Positions 14,296-26,141 of a stretch of 64,000 nucleotides of DNA are shown piece by piece. The DNA comes from Penicillus capitatus (lineage: Eukaryota > Plantae > Chlorophyta). The first letter of the stretch is position 1, and each line of letters begins with the position of its first letter. A program made the translations under genes and the position numbers. Location: contig OZ287712.1 in the NCBI GenBank assembly GCA_965649825.1, positions 186,001-250,000 on the forward strand. The letters are read 5' to 3'. The notes under the pieces are model-generated. The model searched no databases and was not told where the DNA came from. It worked only from the letters and a program-made list of their open reading frames with translations.

Positions 14296-16357
14296 TCACG
14301 CACGGATCGTCTCGTTCTTGCCCAACAGCGTCTCGATCTCGGTCTTGTATTTCGAGAAATACGTTCGCAGGACGTATCGCCCTGAGGCATCTAAGCAAAG
14401 AGGAATGACCGATATGCGTCGTTGAGATCGAGAGGGCGTGGGGTTACCGATCATCAGATGGGTGAGGAGTCGAGTTTTGATGCTGGGCGGCGCCAAGAGT
14501 AATGTCAGCATCGCAAAGACGACGAGATCCGTCGAGTCGATGGACGAGGAGAGAAATCCCTTCCAGTAATAGGCAGGAAGGCGAAAGAATGTGTCAAAGA
14601 ATCGGTTGATATCTGGCAGTTCCAACTGAGCCAACAATTCCATCCCAAACACGTGAAACGACGCCTGCATCCAACAAACCGTCGATGCCTTGGCAGTCCA
14701 AGCGCGAGGACGCACTTGGGTTCTCTTCTCGGGTGACCAGAGTGAAGCCCAGACCATCTGGGATCTCTCCTGAACGAGGCGAAGGTCAGATGCGAGGGCG
14801 GCTTCGATGGCGGCTGCCATTTTGGGTGCCTCGCGTAAGGAACGCGAAATGGAGTATCCGCTTGAGGGGTGAATGAGATTGGCGGCGGCGCCAAAAGCTG
14901 TGATCGATTGATCTTCGATCGGCAGCGGACCGCCGACCGGAATGTAGGACCACTCTTCATCGAGCAGCTCCTTCATCTTGAGTCCCATCGCTTCCATTCG
15001 CCTGTCCCATCAAAAGATGAGCGGCATCTGGGAAAAGGCGGTGGGCAAACCGCATGAGGCGTGTCTTGAGTTGACTGAAGGGCAAGGGCGGCTTGGCAAC
15101 AAGACAGGTCTCTTCGAGAAAGACCCTGTCCCCGCCAAGCGGCATGGCATAGAGGAAACTGGGGACCTCGTCGTGGGTATTCCACAAACCGTCGCCGCCG
15201 TTTGGATGCTGGCCCCTCTGTCGAACAGCATCTCAGGCAATCAGGTGTGAACAGACGTGTGACTTTGATGCGGGGAGCTGAAGATGGCCACAGTCCAGAG
15301 TGATGGCGGCGGTAGTCCATGAACAGCACACGGTCTGTCGGGTACCGATCGCTGTACCCTTCGAGCTCCACTTCGATCCCGTACGCCGTCTGAGCACCAG
15401 GTGCGGGTACATCGTCTTCAAACTTAAGAAATCTCCCGGCGGCTGCTCCGGATGCCAACGTCACCAATCTCCCATATCACTCGATCCCCCTTAGACCCAT
15501 CGCGTGGACCGATGGCCGGACCTGGATGAAATGACAGCTTGGGTATCCTTGCACAGAACGACGGCCGTCTGCGATGACGCATCGATGTCGATCTGATCGA
15601 CAAATCCACGACAGAAATACACGTTCCATTTCTGGCACCGCTGCAGCAAGATCTCGTGCAGCTTCGCCAGATGGACGCGTCCGTAAGGCCGATCGATCGT
15701 CACCTGACAGCACAACACGTGACGTGAGAAGGCACGAAATGGACAGAGCTTCGAAGGGGGGAGACTTCTTGTTCTTCGCCAAAGTAGCAGACAGCTTCCG
15801 GCCAGATCCTCTCCAAAGCCTCCGCCATTCCAATCGACTCAAATTCGTCGACCCAGACGCCATAGTTATTCACAAAAGGCACGTCCTCCCCTGGAGAGAC
15901 GCTGTGAGGAGGACGGCGAGGTGGCAGGGGACTACCGATGAGGACAACGCTCCGGCCATGACGAGCGATCTCGGCAGCCAGTGCCAGACCAGCAGGGCCA
16001 CATCCGACAACGGCAACATCTGCTGTGCGCGATGCATCCCACACAAGGAGACTCTCTGTCAGAGAGAGTGAGACGTGGAGGTGGCGGCTCTTGTTTGCCT
16101 GAAAGAGTGAGAGGTTATGGAGAGTCGGTAGGGTGACACCAGGTGACCTGTTTCTGCACGTATTCCATTTCTGTGTGTCCTTCGCGGATCCATTGGTTGA
16201 TGTCTGTGTGTGAGAGAGGGGGTGTCGATGAAGCGAATGTCTTTTCTTCTGCCGATTGGGCTTTGAGGCGGTAAGAGGTGCGTTCTCCACGTTTTCCGAC
16301 GGGTTTGCGCAGAACGGCGAAATCGCTGTTCGCATGGATGACGGCAACGGCTTTCAT
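14296..16357 (-). CDS. LCYE: Lycopene epsilon-cyclase, multi-exon
   Basis: Motifs DVAVVGCGPAGLALA, PFVNNYGVW, GRPYGRV, AQTAYG, FLYAMP, VFLEETCL, EEWSYIPVGGPLP and HPSSGYS. N-terminal EYVQKQ and EEWSYIPVGG favour the epsilon over the beta cyclase. Confidence 0.88.
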
Positions 16358-16555
16358 GACGATGAGATCTTGATCTTAATATTGGCCTGACGCTAGAAAA
16401 ATGATACGGCATTCTTATTGTCGCGTAGATCGGATGGGACGACGCTTCGGTGTTGTGTACGACACTTAGACGACGGACAGTAACACGACTAAGAAATGGC
16501 AAAGGCGAATAGACACGATATGGATTGCTGATGACAGACAGCTGCACACCCAGAG

Positions 16556-16785
16556 TCGTTACAAGGATTCGAGTCAGAGTACCACATAACAATATAATCT
16601 GCTCCAGAGCTTTGCATTCGATCTGTTGCCGTGGACAACCATGAGTGCATTTAGCAATGCTAAAGTCGTTCATTTACACCGAAAACAGTAAAGGATCGCT
16701 TAGCCTTCTTTGACAAAGATACCCAAGAACAATCAACACACTCACATTGGGTTTTGTCCGATCATGCACACACTGACCTCCAGTC
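16556..16785. repeat. Dispersed ~230-bp repeat, copy 1 (other copy 48041-48260)
   Basis: Shared blocks such as ctgctc(c/a)agagctttgcatt, ggatcgct(t/c)agccttct-like and tcaacacactcacattgg...tgtccgatcatgcacacac occur in the same order. Confidence 0.75.
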
Positions 16786-16979
16786 ACGTTCAACGCCAAG
16801 GTACCCCCAGAACATTCCACACGGCCCACCACGATGTCTTCTCAGATATCCGATCCGTCGCGTCTCTTCACCATCTACAAGAAGGTGACGATCCGATCGA
16901 GTGACACGAAACAGATAACGCCTTATGACGTAGAATGCTAACGATGCAGCAGACCCTCTGGCATCTCTCGTCTTGCAGG

Positions 16980-17535
16980 GTGGCGGCTGCTCTTGCCACA
17001 GAGGCGGACGTCGAACAACTGCTTTTTGGCTTGGCGTGAAAGTGTGATCATCTCACTCTTTGACACACACCATTGCCTGTGCTGCACACACCTTCAGAAT
17101 GTTCAACCAGGCGAAGAGGGGCGAGATGGTCACGTTGCATTGCAAAGTGTGACGTCGATGCAGATGGAGTGAGAAATCGCGGAGTGTGTGAACGCAGGGT
17201 TGTCTCTGACGGATGGTTCGGTGTTCGACAGCAGCCACGGCGGCGACGTGCCGCTCGGTTTCAAATTTGAAGCAGGGCAGGCGACAAAGGGATGGGAAGC
17301 GGGAGTCCTTGGAGCGAGCGTCGGCCGAAGCGCAGACAGAAGGTCCCACCGGATACGGGAGGGATACAGTGAAGCGGGTGCACCGCCAGAGATTCCATGT
17401 CGTTTCTCTACCCCTCAATCCGACAGAGAGATCCAGTTCCGGTCTTCGGGAGATACCACGCTCGTGCTCGGTGTCGAAATCGCGGAGATCAAGACGCCTG
17501 CAAGACGCATGTGCGAGGGCTTGGATCCGCGATGA
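16980..17535 (+). pseudogene. FKBP-type PPIase (ER FKBP15/FKBP2-like), probable pseudogene
   Basis: Fragments DVEQL, AKRGEMVTLHCK, LTDGSVFDSS, GQATKGWEAGVLGASVG, KRRQKVPP and GAPPEIP...TLVLGVEI lie in different frames and cannot be joined by canonical introns. Confidence 0.65.
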
Positions 17536-17677
17536 CCGTTACCGTGTCAAGAAGAATGGATGCCATTTGCCGAGAATGCGAGGGACGAAGCGCGTGCCGC
17601 TGCTGGCAACGACGAACAAGGCGTCCAAAACCACGCAAACGCGCCTGTTGGAGCCGCGCAGAATCATCAAGTGATAC

Positions 17678-18528
17678 ATGTACAGAAGGAGAAAGGTGTT
17701 CTCACCGCAAGGCAGTGTGTGCCTTGTGGGGCTGGGTGTCTGTGGTCTGCTCTACGTGGGGGTGCTTCAGCTGGCCCTTAGAACCAAACCTGGAGTGTCC
17801 CCTGTCCTCTCAGCTGCTCGGGAAACGCCCCCTGAGAACATTCCCGAGCCTCGGCTACCGCCCACCGGACTCTACGCCTTGGTCCTGGAAGGGAATCCGA
17901 TCAGCAGCCTCATGCTGTGCGCTCTGTTCGTGCAGGGGGTCGTGGAAGACATCGACCGCGAGCCGAAAGATCTGGCCGAGTTTGCAGGGAATGTCTCGGT
18001 GGTGGTGAACGTTGCCTCGCACTGCGGCTTCACCGAGGCAAACTACAGAGGCAAGCATGACGTGTAGCTGCGAGCGACGTGCTCAGAGTCGCTGACGTGC
18101 AGGACTGCAGGACCTCTACGACCGGTACCGCTCCGATGGATTCACCGTTCTGGCGTTCCCCTGCAACCAGTTCGGAAACCAAGAGCCAGACGAGTGTCCG
18201 GAAATTAAGGCATTCGTCGAAGCAGAGTTCCACATCACATTTCCGATGTTCTTCAAAGTGCGCGCCGATCTCCCAAGAGGCCAGCTGAGTTGTCTCCGCT
18301 GCGCAGGTCGACGTCAACGGACCGAACACGAACGCCGTCTTCAGCTTCCTCAAGCAGCATCTGCCGCGCGGTGAAGGACAGGAGGAGGCAGCGGACTTCG
18401 ATCTGCCGTGGAACTTCCAGAAGTTCCTGATCGGCCGAGACGGCATGCCCCGAGATCTCTTTCCTCGAGAATTCGTCCGGGAGAGACTCGAATCTGCCAT
18501 TGTCTCGCTGCTGCACTCGGAACAGTGA
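17678..18528 (+). CDS. GPX: Glutathione peroxidase (Cys-type) with N-terminal membrane anchor, multi-exon
   Basis: Motifs VVNVASHCGFT, VLAFPCNQFGNQEP, VDVNG and WNFQKFLIGRDG. The active-site codon is TGC (Cys). Confidence 0.92.
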
Positions 18529-21500
18529 CTGGCTTACAGTATCCATCTGTAAACCTGGTGCTGCTCTGTAATCGTGTGTCGACCGACCGAGTCCCCATTC
18601 TGAAAACGACGCCTCATGGCCCAGTTCTTCCTTGACCAGCGAACCGGAAGAATGACGAAGGCTGATGCACCAAATGTCGCGGCCTTCCTGGCCGGAGGGT
18701 CGCAAATGCACCAGACGCACCTTCTCATTCGAGGCGTGTGTCTCGTCGAACAGGATCCCCAAATCGAGTCTCCGCAGTTGTTCGCAGCTTAGGCCTCCGC
18801 GCCTCTAGCGCCTTGGCTCATCCTTCTTCGCGAGCCGTGCGTGTCTTTCTTTTGCGGACAGGCATGCCGAGTTCGAATTCCTCGCATCTGCCACAGCATA
18901 GCAAAGTTCGCTGAGCGCGAGGTGAGGAAAGAGCGAAGAAAACGAGGTGCTTTTCCGTCTCGCCAAGAGAAGATTCGCGCCTGCCTTCTGCCGAGAGCAA
19001 TTGGCGGTCCTGATGGGAAGACGCGCAGAGCCGGCGTTCTTTCGGGCACGGAAGGCAGCAAACCGTCTGGCGATCATGGCCGTGAAGACGCCGTCGACCG
19101 CTTTTCGTGATCGTCGCAGGAGGCGCACGTCGTGAAAGCGATAAAAAACTGCTGCGTTGTTCATTAAATCGAACACTGACAGGTAACCGGACTGTTCCAG
19201 AGGGTCATGCAAAATCTCCAGAACTCATGCCGGGAAGAATGCGATCGGCTTCTCGTCGTTAGGCGACGCGTTTTTAGCAGTAACCATACCACCAGCGAGG
19301 TGCTGGTACGACGGGCGGAGTGCTGTCAAATCCCCTGCATTTACCGCTGTCACCGTTAAAGTCCCATGCATCAAGCCCTACATACTGCCAGCCCTCGATA
19401 CTTGACTGAGTTGATCCGGCAACTAACCGTGGTCATCACATACAATTTTGATGCAGTCATCCAAATAAACCGGATACTTTTCAAATTTAGGAGTGTCGTC
19501 GTCGAATTTCTTACCGCTACCTTCACATACGACAGACACCACAGTAAACATGAGGTTTTGTCACACAGCTATTCATTCATACTGTATTGATTGGCCCCAT
19601 CTTCTTTCAGGAACAGTTTGCCGACGACGTGGCCACTCTCGTCGACGACCGACTCCGTGGTGGGACGGTAAGCTGTCGCCTACAGAACACAAGACAGTCA
19701 CCACGGAGGGTTGCTGCAGTGGGGATCTTGCTGCGTGGAGGCAGAGGAGAGCGGCGAAGAAGAACAGAGCTGCGTTGGCAGACATGGTGTCCGAGACGAA
19801 GTCCGGAGAACCTGAGAGAGACAGATGCACAAACGCATAAAGGGAAGTGGCGATGGTCGAGAACTCTGCTGGAATTTATACCTTGAAGCTACAGTCAGCG
19901 GCCTGAATTCAGACAGCATGCCAGAAGCGACGTGTCCGAATTCGGCAGTGCCTCGTTTGCCGACGAACGCATTTGCCAATTCGGTCGTATTCGCCGAGCG
20001 CGACCCAGCAGCTGCTGTCGCATGGAGAGCTTTCTGAGGATTCATTCGGCAACAGCCACGATGTGACTTGTCTGGCGGGCATGTGCCGGACGGTTAGCCT
20101 CCATTTCCCTCCCAGCGCGAACCGAGGCAGTCTGTCTGCGAAGGCGAAACGCGGACGACCGCCTTCCACGTTCGCTGCGAGACAAGAAGGGGCTAATTGT
20201 TTCCTGAACGGGGACTGGGCCGACCGTCCGGACGCAAGGACGCTGTCTCTTGTTGCCATTTCTCGCAGATGCCGCAGCAACCGAGAATGGCTTAGGCGCC
20301 ACGAACGAATGACTGCTCTCTCGCTGTCCGCGGCGGCAGGCAGGAGGTCTAGACGAGAAACACACCCTAGATAAAAAGATGATCTACGCCGCCGATGACA
20401 GATGTGTCACCTGCACGAACGTTCGACACGGCGCACAGGAAATAGTCGCTTCCCAGCTGTCGGAGGCGTCTTCTGCACTGCGACAGGCGCATCTTCGACA
20501 AGAGAATCGTCGTCGGCGAAAAACTCATCCGTCCAGAAGGATGGACGGGACTCAGAACTTCCGCCGCGGTCCCTCGTTTACCGGCGCCGGTTTGCAGGCG
20601 AATGACTGGCTGTCTGCTCAGGCCGAGTCCGGACGCCGCGTCTGCGGTGTGTTTCGGCATCCGGCGTTGTCGCCAGTCCATCCGGTTGATGATGCCCCCG
20701 TCCGAAGCAACGGACTTCTAGCAGCGCGACAGCGCGTTCTTGCGTTTTCTGCGGAGGAGAACGAACGTCTTGCCGCGTCGATCCTTCTCCCGCTCCACAT
20801 GCGCATTTCCCATGCGAATGAAAGGAGGAAGATCGCGAATGCAGGCGTGGCACGTGCGCAGTAGATCGTTGACCATGGTCATCCGATGACCGAAGGTGCG
20901 GTGCACCGAGCACAACGACCCTTTCGCAGACCACGTCGCAACTATTTGGAGGCAGGGGACGGAGAATCCTCGGTTCTGTCGGAAACGGAGAAACGCTGTC
21001 TTGCGACGCGCGTGGACGGCGAGGCTGGCGTGCGATGTCTTCAGACACGCGAAGGTCATCTCACCGTAACCCGAACCAGACGCGTTCCGGTCCAGACGGC
21101 ACACGTCGGCAGAGCGGCGTCGGAGTCGCAGCGTCGAAAGAGATTTCGCAGTGAACGCCGACCCTTCGAGAATCCCGTTCTGACGACGGCGCGCCTCCTG
21201 CCACGGGACTGCCGATTCCCACATGTCGAGGCGTGGAGAAGGTAGTCGTTCAGCTGCAGCATCACTCAACATGTGATGGCTGCTGACATGTTCTTTCATC
21301 CTGCTCGGCGACATCAGCTTCGACGCACCTTGTCTGGTATGTAAGTCCGGAGTCTCTGCATTACATGAGTTCGCTGTGCAGGTCTGTGTCCCTTGGCAGT
21401 TCATTTGACTGTCGTGCTGAGTTGGAATCTGCCAGGAAGCTAGCTGTTTTGCCAAACAGGCGCATGACGGATCGTGTAGTCTCGTTCGCTGTCCTTGACC

Positions 21501-24065
21501 AAGAATCATCACTCTTCGTGCTCATACCTCGGTCGCGGTGTCACACATCCATGTGACTCTGAAGGGGTACATAAATCCACTTACACATGGCTGGCAACGT
21601 CCTTCATCTGGACTCTTTGTCTTGTGACAGGCACCGCGGCCGGAGAAGGGAGGTCGGTGAAGACGTTGAGGAAAGATCGAAGCAGATCGTATCACGTGTG
21701 GTCGCCAAATACCGCATCTGACAGATGCATGGACTCCAGACGAGCAGCGAAAGCCAAGAGGCCTTCTCTTAGTGACCGAGGTCGCCGAACTCGATTCGCC
21801 TGTCCCTCATTGACAGTCAAGATTCGCACTGTCCTGTCGAGGGCAGGGATTCTGTCGCCGATCCCCTCATTGGATTGTCGTCGAAGAAACCTGTTTCTGG
21901 AGCAGTTGGGGATGGGATCCTCCTCGCTGGAGTGTCACGTGTGGCCATCTCACAGATCCCTGACGATCGGAGAGAGGACTTCTGTAGCCTTGGAGAGCCA
22001 ACGAGTCAGGTGATGCTGTGCTAAGTCACTCAGGTTCAGCGATGTGACAGGACCAGTCTCGTGTGAGAGTTCGTTCCTGCTTCAAGGGGGAGATCGCGGC
22101 ATCGCTGTCCGAGCGATCAGGAAATGCGCATCCCGCGTGTGACTTTGACGACTTCTGGATGGCAGAGTCTCCGAATCCAGCAGATGATGTGACAACAGCG
22201 GCCGGATCGGACCCTCAAGACTTCAGATGCAGAGGATCTCAGCTGGTTGCCGGAGTCTGTGAGAATCCGTGTCCGCTTGCAGTTGTAGAGAAGTCGAGCA
22301 GCCTCGATCAGACGCCGTCAGTAACCTCTGTCAGCGCGGGACGTGCCACCGGTCCTACCAGACAGCAGACGCGTGAAGGATCGACCTCAGAGTTCGATCT
22401 CATCGTCTCAGTTACGCAGCTCTCCTGCTCCAAGCGAAGACGCCTGTCAGCAGCATGCCTGCACACCGCGATGAGATTTCACCTGGGCTCTATTCCCGGC
22501 CAAGTCAGTCAGTCGTTCCGACACCAGTTTCTACCCTAATCTATTCTGGTCTGCTTGTCATGGATGCGGTGCTGCCACCCGTATCATGACAGCAAACGCG
22601 TGCTGACACGTTTTCTGGCCTCACCTTCGTGGATATCTCATTTATCTGGAGTCTGGTGCTTTCCTCCGACTTTCTTTCCTTTAACCTAACTGGCCCAAAA
22701 AAGCCTCCAGCTCCCGAAGTTCTCGCGTCCAATTTCGGAAATAGACAACGATGTGACTGGATCCGGTGCGCGCGGCACCCACTCTACGGTTAGCGACCAT
22801 TCGCCTCCCACCGCCTGCGGAGGCGGTTGCTCCACGAAGCGGGAGCCTTGCCCTGTCATCGCATGGCCTCGACGGAAAGGAAAGGGAGCTGCGCTAACGC
22901 CTCTCGTGAAGCGCGTCGAGCGCTCGGACGCGACGACGGAGGCTCTTGCGCCGTCCTTCGCCGGTAGACGGCGCGAGAGGATGCGTCGCATGCCACGGCG
23001 GCACAGACCTCGTTCGCGCTCCTTGGCGGGCAGCAAGAGATCGTTTCGACGAAAGGCCAAAGCCTCGAGGGCGACCCATTCCGTCGGTCGGCCAGCGCAC
23101 CGCCCTTCGTGGACATTCAAGATCGCGTTGACAGACCAAGACACGCGCGGAAGACCGCCGATTCTCGCGCCTGTTGCGGAAAGAGGTCGGGGAAGCACCT
23201 TCCTATCTGCTCGCACACGCGATGCGCTGCTGAGGCTGGAAGTGTTGACAATGTTACACGAGACCACCAGAGAACAACGTCGTCTGGGTCTGCAGGAGCT
23301 CAGTTGCCGGTCATTGGAAGAGCACAGAATTAACTGGATCCATCGAAGACTGTCCGCAAGGCGAGGTGTCTTCCATCTCTCTATGAGTATTCTCTGCGAC
23401 GTGTACCTGTGCTGATTCTGCTCTGGTTGTTGGGGCTGATCTAGAAGAACAGACTTATCGATTATCAAGTGCTTTGTCACTTACCTGCCCTGTGTGCCAG
23501 TGTCGTTTCGACGGATGCGCCGGATTTTGCTTTATATGCATCTGGGTCATCCAATGACGTATCCAGAAGAAGTCCCGTTCGTAACCTCCGTTCCATAGTG
23601 GACAGGGTTTCTCATTTGAAAGTGTGACTATCTGTGCATGTATCGTAGACAGTTTATAGGCGCTCTAGTGTCGAGGATGTGTGCTGAGCATCAGAGAATC
23701 GTGGATCCGGTGTCCAGATGCCTCTTGTGGTGGAATGCTATGAACCGACGTCTATAGCGACCGAGAACACAGACAGGTTCGTGCCTTTCCCGAGCTTAGC
23801 AGAGATATGCATCTTGCGACGTCGAATGGGTCACATCTCGAACAGTCGTCATCATTTGAAGGACAAGGCGAGCTTTGGTGATTCTGGAGAGCGTCGAAGG
23901 AGGAAGGTTGCACAACGGACGATACTCATAACCTCTGCATTCCTGCAGGTGTGCACAAGATCGTCCATGATATGTAGATAAGTTGAACTCTGCAATGCTG
24001 CTGAGTCACTCGTCTTCGAACTAAACACTGCCACGCTCGTCCTTGCCGACAGGGCAGCAAAGTAG

Positions 24066-24268
24066 TGTCAGGGTCAAGAACCTGAAGAACCGACGAAGCT
24101 GTAGCATGACATGAGACATGACGCAATCATGACGTCATGTTAGCAGCAACATATAAAATGGGGGTATGATACGATCAATGTCTCTAAGAAAACAGCGTTC
24201 TTCTGTTTAAAACAACGCTTTCGCTTTCGCACACTTTATACGTCGGTAAACGCACTCCTTACACGACA
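24066..24268 (+). repeat. 5' LTR
   Basis: TG...CA termini, TATAAAA at 24152, palindrome CATGACGTCATG at 24128-24139. Confidence 0.96.
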
Positions 24269-24270
24269 AG

Positions 24271-26091
24271 ATGGTTTCGGAGCTTCGATACTCGAAAATT
24301 GACGTGGACGTTTTTACGTCGCTGCTCAGCTCCGCAGCTTTGGTCGAGGACGACTATCGTCCACGAGTCAAATATGTGGTGCAGAAGCTCGAGCAGAGGT
24401 CACCAGCGTTCGAACTTTTCCGTCAAGTCATAGAAGGACTGACGCCGCATTTTGCTTCGGCGGGAGCTTTCGACGCTGCGTTCGCGGGCACTGACGATGC
24501 TCATCCTGCGACCATCCGAGCGCTTTTCCTGTACGGGCACGTCCAAAGGACCGCGGACAATTATTGGAGAGTGGTCCGCGAAACAGTCATAGCTGCCTGT
24601 CCAGATCCCAGCCTCTCAGCAGAAGAGAAGCTGGCCAAGATCAACAAATCCAAGACCGAAAATTGGGGGGATTTCATCGACAGGTATTTTGCAGCGTGCA
24701 CGGTCTCAACCGCATCCAGAGAGACCCAAGTGAAAACATTATACAAGAAGCTGCCCCTACACCTGAAGAAGCTTGTGATGCACCTTCCGCCAGTGGCAAC
24801 GCCCGCAGACATAAGAGGGATCGTGCGGAATGTAAGTTTCTGGGAATCTGGGACCCCAGCAAAAATGGAGATAGACGAAGACGCGATGGACATCGACTTG
24901 GGCATAGTACAAGCCAATGCGGCAACGGACGGACGGGTTATCGGGAATGACGGGAAAATAAACTTCTCTGCCATTACAAATGCCGGCAGGGTAATGGTGG
25001 GAGCCCGTGAAATCTGCAAAACCTCAAGGCGCGAGGCCCAGAATATGTTGAGGTTCCTGCAGAGGATATGCAGCGGACAAGAACAGACAAGTGGCCAGAG
25101 GAGACCAATGAATCGGCGAAGATGGGGTGGAAGACGAGCTTTTGCGGTCGCTGATGATGGCATGCCAGAAGGAAGTGGGGAGCACATATGTGAGACCCTG
25201 AGCGAGGGAGCCGAAGAAGATGCCGAACAGGACATGGCAAGAACATATGCGGCACAGACGGCGAGCAGAAAGAAAGAACAGAAGAGAGTCATGAAACTCG
25301 GACTAGTCTCTCAAAGCCACCTTGGTTACCCGAGAAGGATTGACGCGCTAGTAGATACGGGGGCTGAATCGTCCATCATGTCTCTCGCGCTGGCAAGAGA
25401 ACTGGGCGCCAAGATTACGCCCAATAAGACACAGCTGCTCCTCGCCCATGGGAAGACAGCTAAGGTGACGGGTGAATGCAGCATAGAGGTGTCGATTGAG
25501 AAGACGACACACCCAGCATTCACAATGAACTGCCTGGTTTTACCGAATCCTGGCTATGATTTACTTCTGGGGATAGACGCCATGACGAAGCATCAGATAT
25601 CAGCTCACCCGCATAACAGATCGGTGAGTATCAAAGGCCGGAACGTAAAGTGTTTGTTTGCCGGACCCAAGATGGATAAGGAGGTGAAGAACGAGATCGT
25701 CACACAGGAGGACATTGGAAGATTCACAGAGCGAGTCGACCATCTCCCAGCGGTTAAAGGGGACCGCATTCAGGTGCCTCTCAACAGATCAATAGTCCTG
25801 GGACCGAGAGAAAGTCGCATGGTGAAGACGCCAATCATCATTCCAAGAGGGATGGTGCATCAACGGACACCGGTTGTAGCACCACATTTTTCTGTGCACC
25901 TGGGGGTACAGTACGAAACATTTTCCACCCTGACTCTGACCAATCATCGGGAGGAACCAGTCCGTATCACTGGGAAAACGACCATCTTTGAGATTCCAGC
26001 ACGAGCCGGACAGACAGTGACGATTCGGGACTGCAACGGGCAGCAACGGCAGCTGCGTGGGAACAAGCAGTCTTTTCCCAAACGGCAGTAA
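24271..26091 (+). CDS. gag: Retrotransposon Gag-aspartic protease ORF with degenerate dUTPase-like tail
   Basis: 606-aa ORF with protease motif ALVDTGAESS and LLLGID. No CCHC knuckle is seen. Confidence 0.88.
   Translation: MVSELRYSKIDVDVFTSLLSSAALVEDDYRPRVKYVVQKLEQRSPAFELFRQVIEGLTPHFASAGAFDAAFAGTDDAHPATIRALFLYGHVQRTADNYWRVVRETVIAACPDPSLSAEEKLAKINKSKTENWGDFIDRYFAACTVSTASRETQVKTLYKKLPLHLKKLVMHLPPVATPADIRGIVRNVSFWESGTPAKMEIDEDAMDIDLGIVQANAATDGRVIGNDGKINFSAITNAGRVMVGAREICKTSRREAQNMLRFLQRICSGQEQTSGQRRPMNRRRWGGRRAFAVADDGMPEGSGEHICETLSEGAEEDAEQDMARTYAAQTASRKKEQKRVMKLGLVSQSHLGYPRRIDALVDTGAESSIMSLALARELGAKITPNKTQLLLAHGKTAKVTGECSIEVSIEKTTHPAFTMNCLVLPNPGYDLLLGIDAMTKHQISAHPHNRSVSIKGRNVKCLFAGPKMDKEVKNEIVTQEDIGRFTERVDHLPAVKGDRIQVPLNRSIVLGPRESRMVKTPIIIPRGMVHQRTPVVAPHFSVHLGVQYETFSTLTLTNHREEPVRITGKTTIFEIPARAGQTVTIRDCNGQQRQLRGNKQSFPKRQ
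24272..24283 (+). promoter_or_regulatory. Primer-binding site, tRNA-iMet-like
   Basis: TGGTTTCGGAGC lies 3 nt after the LTR and matches 10/12 positions of the canonical TGGTATCAGAGC. Confidence 0.6.
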
Positions 26092-26141
26092 GCCAGCAGT
26101 CAGGCCTACTGTCGAGAAATCCTAGAATTGACTGCCGCAGT

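Noticed and set aside
14391-15935. Apparent peptide insertions in LCYE and LeuC (for example 14391-14447, 14665-14715, 15891-15935, 2898-2954)
   Set aside because: These are stop-free 3n GT-AG introns read through by the ORF track. Their number is about what chance would give for short GC-rich introns.
18000-18035. Possible selenocysteine GPX
   Set aside because: The active-site codon is TGC, not TGA.
19587-19886. FADDV motif (QEQFADDVATL) in the triplicated 5-kb segment, resembling a non-LTR RT active site
   Set aside because: No flanking RT motifs (PQG/LSPxLF at the proper distance, GLxINxxK), and the frame is only ~100 codons.
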